Below, in pieces: positions 1 through 12,367 of a stretch of 64,000 nucleotides of DNA (within the stretch, counting starts at the first letter, position 1; each line of letters opens with the position of its first letter). The position numbers and the translations under genes are program-made. Location of the stretch: contig OZ024740.1 of assembly GCA_964016885.1 (NCBI GenBank), forward strand, positions 26,350,001-26,414,000, given 5' to 3'. This DNA is from Eledone cirrhosa (taxonomy: Eukaryota). The notes under the pieces are model-generated. The model was not told the origin of the DNA. It was given only the letters and a program-made list of their open reading frames with translations, and did no database searches.

Positions 1-140
1 CAATAATATCCAACTGTCTATCTAATTCTACATTTTATTTTCTTACTTTCTTCTTACGCTTACATCTCAGTATATTGTATATCCGGACATTTAAAATATT
101 CCTTCACCATTAGTCCTTCTCTATTTCTTGTGCATATAAC

Positions 141-1311
141 TGTAGCTGAGTGGTTTAGAAGTTCACTTCGCAATTATGTTTTTTCCTTGATTCATCTCAC
201 TGTCTGACAACTTGTGCCAGTCTACTTGTTATAGCTCCAGATAATCCTAAGCTTTGAGAGTGAGTCTACTTGTTATAGCTCCAGATAACCCTAAGCTTTG
301 AGAGTGAGTCTTCATGTTATAGCTCCAGATAATCCTAAGCTTTGAGAGTGAGTCTACTTGTTATAGCTCCAGATAACCCTAAGCTTTGAGAGTGAGTCTT
401 CATGTTATAGTTCCAGATAATCCTAAGCTTTGAGAGTGAGTCTACTTGTTATAGCTCCAGATAATCCTAAGCTTTGAGAGTGAGTCTACTTGTTATAGCT
501 CCAGATAATCCTAAGCTTTGAGAGTGAGTCTACTTGTTATAGTTCCAGATAATCCTAAGCTTTGAGAGTGAGTCTACTTGTTATAGCTCCAGATAACCCT
601 AAGCTTTGAGAGTGAGTCTACTTGTTATAACTCCAGATAACCCTAAGCTTTGAGAGTGAGTCTACTTGTTATAGCTCCAGATAATCCTAAGCTTTGAGAG
701 TGAGTCTACTTGTTATAGCTCCAGATAACCCTAAGCTTTGAGAGTGAGTCTTCATGTTATAGCTCCAGATAATCCTAAGCTTTGAGAGTGAGTCTACTTG
801 TTATAGCTCCAGATAACCCTAAGCTTTGAGAGTGAGTCTTCATGTTATAGTTCCAGATAATCCTAAGCTTTGAGAGTGAGTCTACTTGTTATAGCTCCAG
901 ATAATCCTAAGCTTTGAGAGTGAGTCTACTTGTTATAGCTCCAGATAATCCTAAGCTTTGAGAGTGAGTCTACCTGTTATAGTTCCAGATAATCCTAAGC
1001 TTTGAGAGTGAGTCTACTTGTTATAGCTCCAGATAACCCTAAGCTTTGAGAGTGAGTCTACTTGTTATAGCTCCAGATAATCCTAAGCTTTGAGAGTGAG
1101 TCTACTTGTTATAGCTCCAGATAACCCTAAGCTTTGAGAGTGAGTCTACTTGTTATAGCTCCAGATAACCCTAAGCTTTGAGAGTGAGTCTACTTGTTAT
1201 AGCTCCAGATAACCCTAAGCTTTGAGAGTGAGTCTACATGTTATAGTTCCAGATAATCCTAAGCTTTGAAAATGAAATCTAGTAAATTGAAACTATGTTG
1301 TAACTCGTCGA
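141..1311 (+). mobile_element. Degenerate tRNA-derived SINE whose body has been internally amplified into a tandem array
   Basis: A-box-like TAGCTGAGTGG at 143-153 and a weak B-box-like segment near 188-198. The body leads into the 44-bp repeat, and the sequence after the array (aagctttgaaaatgaaatctagtaaattgaaactatgttgtaactcgtcg) reads as the continuation of a SINE body. The family resemblance is recalled, not searched. Confidence 0.5.
219..1269. repeat. 44-bp tandem repeat, about 24 copies, with a 10-unit (440 bp) higher-order duplication
   Basis: Unit agtctacttgttatagctccagataatcctaagctttgagagtg. tctactt starts at 221 and again at 265. The variant 'tcttcatg' units near 309/397 recur near 749/837. 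Confidence 0.97.
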
Positions 1312-1819
1312 ATGGAGTGTACCTGTAATACAAAAGTTCTAGACATGTCACATATTCTGTCACGTTGTTTTTGCCTGAGAATATGGTTAATGGTACACGT
1401 GTCTTTGAATATTCCGTCACTTACACGTGTCGGAAATTCAAGTAATTGCTCATTGTATAAAACAATGGTTGATATATTATTTCTTAAATATCAACATTCC
1501 ATTTAAAAAATTTAGTATGACCACAAGTTTTAGAACCCACTTGGGAAAATATTGTATTAGATCATGGAGCTGCGCAATCATTGGCCGAGCTATTGCTAAA
1601 CAACAGTAACTAAAACAACAACATAAACGTCACCTTAGAATACTACAAAAATAGCAACAACACTACTACTACTACTAGTACTACAAAACCAATGACAATC
1701 GCATCGACCCTATTCAGAATGTTATTTAAAACTTTTCTCATAGAAATATATATATATATTAATTCATATCACAAAGTTCGCTAACAAATTTTAGAATGTC
1801 ATCTCCCTTTCTCTTTCTG

Positions 1820-2222
<403 letters not shown>

Positions 2223-2800
2223 TATTCAGGCTCTCCTGTTCTGTTCCCTACCCAAGGTTTCCCACCTACATATTCTGTCCAGCTTTGAACAGCACCCACT
2301 GTTTTCTCTCAGACAATCTGTCCACACATTATTTTCACCTAGACTATTATGTGAAAAGTACGTGCCTTAAATTTTAAAGAATTCTTTGCAAAATATTCTT
2401 TTCAGTTTCGAAAGTTTAGTTATTCCAGGCGAAAAATAAATGGTAGGGAGGACAGCGATAAAAAGGTCACATATTATTTTAAAATTAATTATGGAAGTGT
2501 GACCTTTGATTGGCAACTGTTTTAGACACCCCAACAGCATTATCAACAACCTCGTCGGCATCATATATGTATGTTTGTACGTAGGTACGTATATATATAT
2601 ATATTTATATATATATATGTACGTGTGTGTGTGCGTATGCGTGCGTGTGTGTGAGTGTGTGCGTGCGATACACACCTCAACGGAAACACAAACCCTCCAT
2701 CTCTAATTTACTTTGTGTTAATAATAAGAATTGTGAAACCGGTAAACTAAATAAATATTCTTTAAATACTCCAGTTGTATTTTCAATTTCTTTTCCTGAA

Positions 2801-2907
<107 letters not shown>

Positions 2908-3034
2908 TGTGTCTGTGTGTGTCTGTATGTGTCTGTGTGTGTCTGTATGTGTGTGTGTGTGTGTATATGTCTATATTACGTAATTCCAAAGGAAAAGCAA
3001 AGGAAAAAAGAATGCTCTATGTATAGAACAGAGG

Positions 3035-3188
3035 TATTTAATTAGAGAGTGAACAACACAAAATACACCTACTCCATTACCAGTTTCTGGATTATCTGAC
3101 GACCGATCCAGACATATATTATTATCGTCTATAATCGAGAAACCTTTGGTAATGGAGTAGTTATATTTTGTCTTGTTCACTCTCTAAT

Positions 3189-3194
<6 letters not shown>
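3035..3194. repeat. Imperfect fold-back (inverted repeat) ending in a (TA)n tract; possible PLE terminal remnant
   Basis: tatttaattagagagtgaacaa...ctactccattacca...gtttctggattat pairs with ataatcgagaaac...tggtaatggagtag...ttgttcactctctaattaaata. Confidence 0.8.
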
Positions 3195-3242
<48 letters not shown>

Positions 3243-3260
3243 AGTGTGTGTGTATGTATT

Positions 3261-3331
<71 letters not shown>

Positions 3332-4043
3332 GTGTGTGTGTATATATATTTATATATATGCATGGATATATGTATCTACGAATATTTTCAAATGGTATCG
3401 AGTCTTATTTCTCCTGGTGGGCATTAATAACCTTATATAGACATATGGATGTAGGTATTGATATTGAGGCGCATTCGGGAATATTTCTCATGCGATAGTC
3501 ACTGTCAGACAACTAGTGGTCCTGGTGTTGTATTATTTATTTCTCGCTTTTTAATTTCGATAATTATTATATACAAGGAATCTGAGGTCCTGAATAGGAT
3601 AAGTGGGGATCAGAGCTATGTGTTCGGATACGCCGCGGAAACCAAAATTCCAGTCACCACGTTGAGAAAATCCAAAGTGATGAAGAACCAAACACACATG
3701 TCACGCGCGAAACGAATTCAAGATGATACAATCCAGTAAATAAATGTCACTAACGATGGATTACACACACACGCACACACGGACGCTATAGTGGAAAAGG
3801 CGGACACTCTAGCCGAATCAAAACCAGCTAGAGCGACCGAGGTGTTGCAGGGCTTCAGGTGCACATCGCCGACGGACCCTCTAGCCGAAGTTACTCAGTG
3901 CTATCTGGAAAATATGTGGTTTAATTCCACATAGCGGTCAGTAGAAAATAATTTTGCCGTCTTTTAAAGTTCTTCATTCTATTTTATAAACTATCTTTAT
4001 AGCATTTCTGCGCTTAGGCACTTTTTTGATACTTATATAATTA

Positions 4044-4559
4044 AATAAATGTAATCTGAGTTTTTTGAATATTAATAATAACATTCGATTCATTTGCAAT
4101 TATGCAAGCAAGCCTCAATGTTATAGCCATGTCAGTAGAAAGAACACTTCATTCTTGCTAATGTTACTGGGTATCACCCTTCATCAGTACAGCTCACTGT
4201 TCACCTGCCAGCTGTGAGAGCTAGTGAAAATATATACTATTTTCTAAAATATACAGATCGACTTGATTTGCATATTAGCAGAGTGGCCAGTCAGTTTCCT
4301 GTGTACGAGCGATAGATGGCCGGCTTTGCCACAATCAAATAAAAAAGAAAATTATTGCTCTACATGGCTGAATACAATAAATGTAAATAAATGTAATGCG
4401 ATACCCAGAAACATTAGTGTCTGCATTTCTGTTTGCATGCCATCACAAGAGCAAGAATGTCATTCTACTGACATGGCTATAAAAATGCGGCTTGTTTGCA
4501 TAATTACAAACGAATCGAATGTTATTATTAATATTCGAAAAACTCAGATTATATTTATT
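4044..4559. mobile_element. MITE-like element with about 100-bp imperfect terminal inverted repeats
   Basis: Left arm aataaatgtaatctgagtttttt...atagccatgtcagtagaa (about 4044-4140) is the reverse complement of ttctactgacatggctat...aaaaactcagattatatttatt (about 4463-4559). The interior is non-coding and no target-site duplication was resolved. Confidence 0.7.
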
Positions 4560-5719
4560 GTATTCAGCCATGTAGAGCGAACATTTTCTTTTTTATATAA
4601 TTAAATATATATACATATATTTAGTGAGAGAGGGGGGGGGGGGTATAGTTATGTTTATTAACATACATGAAACTAAAAATAAAATAAAAGTAAATAGAGT
4701 TTAATAATTGATAGAGTAATCGAAGCCGGTTTCGAACGATGTAATATATTTAACCAAATCCATACGTAAGTTTTAAGTCGGCAAGACCATAAAGATTACA
4801 AAGGTTAATATTTATAATATAACTTTTAAAAATGCGTGAAATACTAACGGTCTCGGTGGTTGTGTGGTACAATTTCTAGATACATAATTTAGAGAATTGC
4901 TGATTCTAATTGACAAAGACTGTACATAGATCAATCCTCTCGCACCCTAAGAAGAAGAATTTTGTTTTTCTTTTTGCTTACTAGAAGATAGAATGTAGAA
5001 GAATGTAGTTTCAGCACAGTCCGCTCGCCCCGCAGTCTCTAGTTATGTCTGAATGGCTGGATCTTGCTTCGGTGTCGATGGGCTGAAGAACTACCGCCTA
5101 CCTGAATGGGCCGAAATTTTGTCGACTTTGTAATTCTGTAAAATGGTATATACTCTCACAATTAGCTTCATATAAACATTGCTTAAACACACTGCTTGAT
5201 TGCTTTGGTTTGATTGCTTTGGCGATTGTCCGCATGAGAAGAAGTATATATTTAGTAAATGGCTTCGAACTGACTAACAGGTCTAGAAGTATACTTTGAT
5301 TTACTGACTATTTTGTATATCATGGAAATTGGATAGTTTGAATCAGCTATAAAAAAATAGTTTTCTTCTATTTTTATTCAAACTTGACTTTGGTTTTCGC
5401 AAGAGTTAATTCCCTTGATTTTACCTTCTAGCCTAAAAAAAAAACAACTTTTTCTAAATATTTTCTTCTATAATTTTCTTCTATAATTTTCGACAGAGGC
5501 AGGGGAGTGCGTGGATTTTGATAAACGCCAAACAACGAGAAACAGACTGTCAGCCACTCTCCCTTCCTTTGCCGAAAATAAGTAAGTGACATAGTAACTA
5601 TTTTAAAATTGATAGCAAATGGTCTTCTAAATGTTTTTAATTAAACATACGGTATATTGTCAAATATACTATATATACATTCATGTATACATCGCTATTT
5701 CAGAGAACCAATAGTAATA

Positions 5720-5755
<36 letters not shown>

Positions 5756-6211
5756 AATATAAATTCAGCGAGATTCGCATTTCGGCGGGTAGAAATTAGC
5801 GAACCGCAACTTCCGTAATGTGTAGACAAGCGCTCCATAGATATGAAGGAGGATACCAGAGCCAAATAAGCGAACAAGCTAAACGGGTCAAACAAAATAA
5901 GATATGATTGAAATAGTTACCCGGACCCACAGGGAAGATGGAATATTCCGAATTTGGGTTTCTGCAACACCTAAATCAAAAATACTGTCTGCTTATAAAG
6001 ATTAAGCTTTTGGTATAATGATCGAACAAGGCATCGCTTTCTCAACAGGTATTTTGTTCTTCGTGGTCCAGCATCTCACAGGTTATGAAAGCACATGTAA
6101 AGTTCTAAGAGGAGAAAACCCCTATTTTGGCCAGTGAATTCAAGGTGTTTATTTATTGCAAACATTTGCAAATATAGCACAAAACGAATAAAGCTCTCTA
6201 CCGATATATAT

Positions 6212-6285
<74 letters not shown>

Positions 6286-6583
6286 AATAGAGGTATAACA
6301 CACGAGTTGTGATATATTAGTAAAAAGGAAAAGAAAATGTTGTAATTTTTCCCAGTGAAAAATAGTTTAATTAGGAATAAGTATAAATTAGGAATAAGTA
6401 TTAGTTAATATTCAGTTTTAGTTTTAAGTTTTTACCTGTTGCGCATTTTTTATGCTTTTCAAAAATAATTTTGAGATAGAGTGCTCGTTATGTTTGCTCT
6501 AATCTGATCAGTTTGGGAAATTATTCTTGTTTTATGTGAAAAAAGTGGCTTGGAAGGTATTAAAATGTGGTTGGTTGTTGAAT

Positions 6584-6770
6584 GTCACGTGAATAAGCAC
6601 TATAAATTTCGCGCCAATTCGTGTTGCAAAAATCCTTGTAATCAAAACAATGTTGATTGGTCGATAAGAGTCATGTGAAGGTTTAAATTGATTTTAACGC
6701 GAACTGGTTTCGCGCCAAATGTAGGTTTGTCGAAGAGTGTCGTTTTCCGCTTGATTGAGTTGCTGTCATG
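6584..6770. promoter_or_regulatory. Candidate promoter with E2F, CCAAT and E-box motifs
   Basis: GTCACGTGA at 6584, TTTCGCGCC at 6607, ATTGG at 6656, GTCATGTGA at 6670 and TTTCGCGCCAAA at 6708-6719, in a locally CpG-retaining patch. Motif evidence only. Confidence 0.4.
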
Positions 6771-7083
6771 TTGAGTGGTCAACCGTTCAGGTGTCTATTA
6801 AGACAAATATATGTGTGTGTGCGTGTGTGTGCGTGTGTGTGTAGCAAAGTGGTTCATTGTTGTGATAATAGAAATAGATCGGTCAGTAGCAATGTTTGTG
6901 TACGTGTGGGTGTGTGTGTGTGTGTGGGGGGGGGGTTATTTTATCATGTTGAAACATATATATATATATAAAATATATAAAAATGCAACTAGAGTCTTTT
7001 AAGAATATTCATTTATTTACTTTATCTGTTTCACAGTTCCTATGATTTTCGAAAGTACATTTGAGACGGAGGATTTGTTTTTC

Positions 7084-7172
<89 letters not shown>

Positions 7173-7213
7173 GAAAATAAAACAAAGAAGCCTTCAATAC
7201 ATCAAAAGTCTTT

Positions 7214-7259
7214 ATTAGCCAACAATGTTTCGTCCTATTAAGGACTCATCAGGGCAATC
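7214..7259 (-). ncRNA. Type I minimal hammerhead ribozyme motif (inverted pseudo-LTR copy)
   Basis: Reverse complement reads gattgcc CTGATGA gtcct taat aggac GAAAC att GTT ggctaat. Confidence 0.8.
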
Positions 7260-7773
7260 AAAACCACAAGAAGTACTATCGGCCAATACGAGCCGAAAAC
7301 TTCGAAGAATATGGAGTGTACATACACTAAAGTATTGGAAGATTATGGGTTTATGGGTAAAAATATATAATAAAAATCACTAAGGAGGTGGATAACATGT
7401 TGAACCATATTACAAATATAGTCCAAAGCAAAAAAAACCTAGAGCTAAACAAAGGTGGTTATATAGAGCGGGAATTATATATAATACAATATAATATAAT
7501 ATAATATACTTGTAACAATATTAAAATTAAAGATTAAAATTAAAAGGCACAATATACATATGTATATATGTACGCATCAATACACATATCCATCATTAAC
7601 AGCACAAATTAAACCTTATTAAGAGTTTAAATATAAATAAGCATAATAGGAATAAAAATAATATTAATACGCATATCTAATATACATGAAGTAATGAAAT
7701 GATTAAAAGTAACACATATAATATATAATAAACTATATAATTATATAATATATAAATATAATATAATAGATAA

Positions 7774-8096
7774 ATGTTATCCACCTCCTTGGTGATCTTT
7801 ATTATATATTTTTACCCATAATCTTCCAATACTTTAGTGTATGTACACTCATATTCTTCTGAGTTTTCGGCTTGTATTGGCCGATAGTACTTCTTGTGGT
7901 TTTGATTGCCCTGATGAGTCCTTAATAGGACGAAACTTTGTTGGCTAATAAAGACTTTTGATGTATTGAAGGCTTCTTTGTTTTATTTTCATAATTCTTC
8001 GGCTCTGTTTACTTACATTGAGCTATACCTTTTACTGTCATTTCTATAATACGAAGAGGGTGTTTAACTCCAACACGCTCCAGTATTTTAATTCTT
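7774..8096 (+). repeat. 5' pseudo-LTR of PLE-1
   Basis: Near-identical direct repeat of 12368-12699, with few substitutions and indels. Confidence 0.92.
7904..7949 (+). ncRNA. Type I minimal hammerhead ribozyme motif (5' pseudo-LTR)
   Basis: CTGATGA at 7911, stem II gtcct/aggac, GAAAC-ttt-GTT, stem I gcc/ggc extended by att/aat. The stem III loop differs by one base from the other two copies. Confidence 0.78.
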
Positions 8097-8166
8097 GTCA
8101 CCGCTCCCGATTGGTTGAGCTTCCTCCTATATACTGGTGTTTTGGCCTTTATATATATCTGACAGT

Positions 8167-10823
8167 ATGCTAACAAAGAGTTACCTGCCTTTATCTCTGA
8201 AGAATATTCCCACCCCCTCTAAGAATACTTACGAAAAACTATTGATTGCTAGTGTTAACTCCTTCGTAAAAAGGATTAGATGGCGTGCTTTCCACTATGA
8301 TATTAATAGGAATAGGAAGGACCCCAGGAATAGAACAGATTTTAATAACTATGGCTTCAAAACTTATAAGAGCCCACCACATAATGTTCTATTAGATAAT
8401 TTTGAAAGTGACTTACTCTCTCTTATCAAACATATTAAGTATAGGCCAAATAATAGACATAGAAATTATAATAAATTTGATAAGTTCCAGTCTAGACTTA
8501 AAAATATTGTTAAGGGTTTTAGTGCGAATAAGTCTATTCTTGTCTATGGATTACAGTGCTTACCGTGACTTTATTTATAAGGAGCTGCATAGAAATTATA
8601 AAAAGACTACGCTAGATAATTTGAACCATATCAATAGTGAGTGTCTTAAAATAGTCTCGGACCTCGGCCTTGATAAGTATACCCAGCCATATTACCCTAG
8701 AGAACCGAGATTCACTCTTAAGGATCATAAGGTAGACTTCATAAGTAACCCCTCTGTTAGACTCATCTGTCCTTGTAAGTCCGATATAGCCATAATCAGT
8801 AAAAAAATCCTTGACCTTATTATACCAGATGTTAGGGATAAAGTTAATTTTAACCTATGGGGGAACACTAAGGAAGTTATAGATTGGTTCTCTGGGATTA
8901 ATAAACTTGAATCTAATCAGTTTATCCAGTTCGATATTGATGCCTACTACACATCGATTTCACCCATCCTCCTCAATAAAGCCTTAATGTTGGCCATGAG
9001 AGTGTCCAGCCTTACACGATCACAGGTAGATATTATACTAGCAGCCCGTAGAACTATTATTAATTTTGAGGACACATTTTGGACCCGTAAAAACACGCCC
9101 AACAATTTCGACGTTACAATGGGTTCGAGTGATTCGGCCCAGGTAACTGATCTTGTTGGGTTGTTCCTCCTAAATGAACTATATGTTACCTTTCCGCAAC
9201 TTAATGGCGGACTATATCGTGATGATGCATTGTTTGTTATTAACTCTAGCACCAACAATGTCGAGCATAATAATAAGAAGCTTTAGAAGTTTTTTAAAAG
9301 CTATAACCTTTCGATCACGAAAGATAGAAACGATAGAGCGGTCAACTTTTTAGATGTGACTTTGGACTTGGTCACTAATAGTTTTAAACCCTTCCATAAG
9401 CCTAATGAAATACTTTCTTATGTTAGTCCCAATTCTAACCATCCCAAATCTATGATAAGCTCTATAATTAAGGGTGTATCTAATATGATTTCCACACTCT
9501 CTAAGGACGTAGGAACATTTAATGAACATGCGGAGTACTATAATAATGCCCTAGCTAATTCCGGTTACTCTAGTAAAATACATTATAATAATAGTAACCT
9601 TAGAAAGTCTCCGCTTACTTATAATAATAATAACATATCACATAACATGGCCATGAATGGGAGTAGGAAGCATAATAATCGTAGAAATTACATAGGTGTA
9701 TCTGAACCCATCCATAAGTTAACCCACCGGACTCGTAATAGGGAATATAATACCTCTAGGAAACAAGTCGAACCCTCTGAGCGCTCACTCATTGGTGATG
9801 ATTTTTCTAGATCTAATTCTAATAATGTTGTTTCTACTGATCCTATTATTGGCCCTAATCCTTTTGATGGGATTCCAGACGGCAGCAGATCTACTAGAGG
9901 TAGAAACAATAAGAGACTTAATGGAATTTTGGCTGATTCTAATAATGCGGTTTTAACTAATCCTTGTAATAACCCTAGTCTTAATAATGGGATATTAGAT
10001 AATGGTAGAGTCGGAAAGGATAAAAATAGAAGGAGACTAAATACTTATTTTAACCCGCCATATAATCAGGAAGTATTAACTAATATCCCTAGGTCTTTCT
10101 TTTCTATCTTAGAGAAAAATTTCCCCCCTTCTCATAAATACCATAGTATTTTTAATAAAAATGTTATTAAACTTTCATTCTCTACCACCCCTAATATTAG
10201 TTCTCATTTAGCTAGCACTAACAGTAGGAAAATTAGGGATGGATACTCCTCTCTACATACTACTAGTCTGAACAGATCTGTAAATGCCTTACCACCAGAG
10301 CAGACCTTATCTAATAGTAATCCTACGTGTAATGCATCACTACTTCAGCCAATCAATAGCACCCGGAAGTGTAACTGTAGAGTGAGTGCTAACTGCCCTT
10401 TAAACGGTAACTGCCTCTCTAAGAACATCGTCTATGCTTGAGTAGTTATAACTAATTCCTCTAATAGAACTTATATAGGCTCTACATCTAACACTTTTAA
10501 GACTAGGTTTAATTCTCATATCTCTAATTTCAAACATGTTAAGTTTAAGAATTCTACTTCTTTAGCACACTATATCTGGGATCTTAAGGGGGGCTAATAT
10601 ACAATATAGCCTTAATTGGCGTTTAGTAGCACGCTCTAATAACCTTTCTACACATACTAAATTTTGTAATCTCTGTATCCTCGAGGCACACTCTATAATT
10701 TTCTCTAGTGAATCCTTACTTAATAGAAAGTCTGAGATATTCTCTTCTTGCCCCCACGCTATTTCTAATTCTTACTTTTATTATAAACCTAAAGGTTCTA
10801 GTAGTATAAATTGTTTCCATTAG
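8167..10823 (+). pseudogene. Disrupted PLE ORF: reverse transcriptase plus C-terminal GIY-YIG endonuclease
   Basis: N-terminus SLKNIPTPS...KRIRWRAF; RT motifs QFDIDAYYTSI, TMGSSDSAQVTDLVG, GLYRDD, NFLDVTL; thumb SNHP; linker CNCRVSANCPLNGNCL; endonuclease IVY...YIGSTSNTFKTRFNSH...STSLAHYIWDLK...CNLCILE...LLNRKSEIFSSCPH. Broken by a frameshift near 8545, TAG at 9284, TGA at 10439 and a frameshift near 10590. Confidence 0.93.
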
Positions 10824-12367
10824 CTGATATATTCCATTACTTATTTTTTTAGTTTAGGTTCTTTTTGTTTACCACCATTATTATCATCATTATTATCATT
10901 GGTTTTTGACAACTTTTTATTCTAGCTCTCATATTCTTTTGGCTACTATACCATATCTATCTTCTTACACATTAAATTTTCACTATTAACACCTTATGAG
11001 TATATATCTGATTATATATTTTATATTATTTTATTTTATTTCATTTTATTTTATTTTATTTGGATTCTTCTTTGGATAACCCCACCCAACCCCTCCCTCC
11101 CCCCATGCACACATATACTTATTGTCAACCCCTTCACATATATTATGATTATATTTAATTCCCCCCTCTTTTATGCTCCTTTCTATTATATAATACAGTC
11201 TATTGATTATGATTTTATGCTCCTTTGTATCCTACATACATTTCTTTTTTTCTGTCCCTATTAGCCTACCATAATTCTGCTTAAGTCAGTTTTTTAGATA
11301 TCGTTATGTAAATGATAGTAGAATATTTCTTTCCTTTATATATATATTTATAGTGAAATATTAATGTTTAGGAATTTTGATTACTTAAACCATAGCTAAT
11401 ATTGTATTGCCTTATTAGGTATTTTAAATATTTTCAATATTAATTTATCAAATAGGGTTTTCGAGTCATTTATCTGGATTGTTTCCTAAGTTTTTACTTA
11501 ACTGCATGTGAGACCTAAGTAAATACTTTTGTTTTTGTTTTTTAATTTCCGGTTGATTTTATTTATTTATTTATTTATTAATACTACTGTGCATAGTATT
11601 TTCTGTCTGGCCCTTATTCACTCATCCACATATATGTCTGTTTACCAACCTTGTAATTATAAGTAATTATATATGATATTATGTTCATTATTTTATATTG
11701 AAGTTGTTATTGTACTATTGATCCTTATTACTTACTTACCGTTGATTTTATGTACCATTATGATATGTTAAATTTTATATATCATGTTTATATTTTTGTA
11801 CCATCATAATTTTGGGTATTGTACAATTTATATTTTTTTCTCACCTACTCTGTAACTATATGAATTGATTTGTTAACTTACACGCCATTATATATTATAT
11901 ATTATTATATTATTATTATAGTATTATTGTGACATCTATATTGTTTGTGTAAATTAACCGGAGATTATCTATTATATTATATTTATATATTATATAATTA
12001 TATAGTTTATTATATATTATATGTGTTACTTTTAATCATTTCATTACTTCATGTATATTAGATATGCGTATTATTATTATTTTTATTCCTATTATGCTTA
12101 TTTATATTTAAACTCTTAATAAGGTTTAATTTGTGCTGTTAATGATGGATATGTGTATTGATGTATATGTATATGTGCGTACGTGTGCGTACATATATAC
12201 ATATGTATATTGTGCCTTTTAATTTTAATCTTTAATTCTAATTTTAATATTGTTACAAGTATATTATATTATATTATATTGTATTATATATAATTCCGCT
12301 TTATATAACCACCTTTGTTTAGCTCTAGGTTTTTTTGCTTTGGACTATATTTGTAATATGGTTCAAC

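Noticed and set aside
219-1269. CRISPR-like appearance of the 44-bp array
   Set aside because: The units are contiguous with no unique spacers, no cas genes are present and the context is eukaryotic.
3420-3740. Possible degraded GIY-YIG fragment (LRRIREY...)
   Set aside because: Only a few residues resemble the PLE-2 endonuclease, which is too weak to call without a search.
5755-6210. Unique segment between TA tracts, possible PLE remnant
   Set aside because: No convincing RT, endonuclease or hammerhead motif could be read on either strand.
8947-9909. Minus-strand ORFs within PLE-1 (and similar ones within PLE-2)
   Set aside because: Antisense shadows of the RT coding frame, with no independent motifs.
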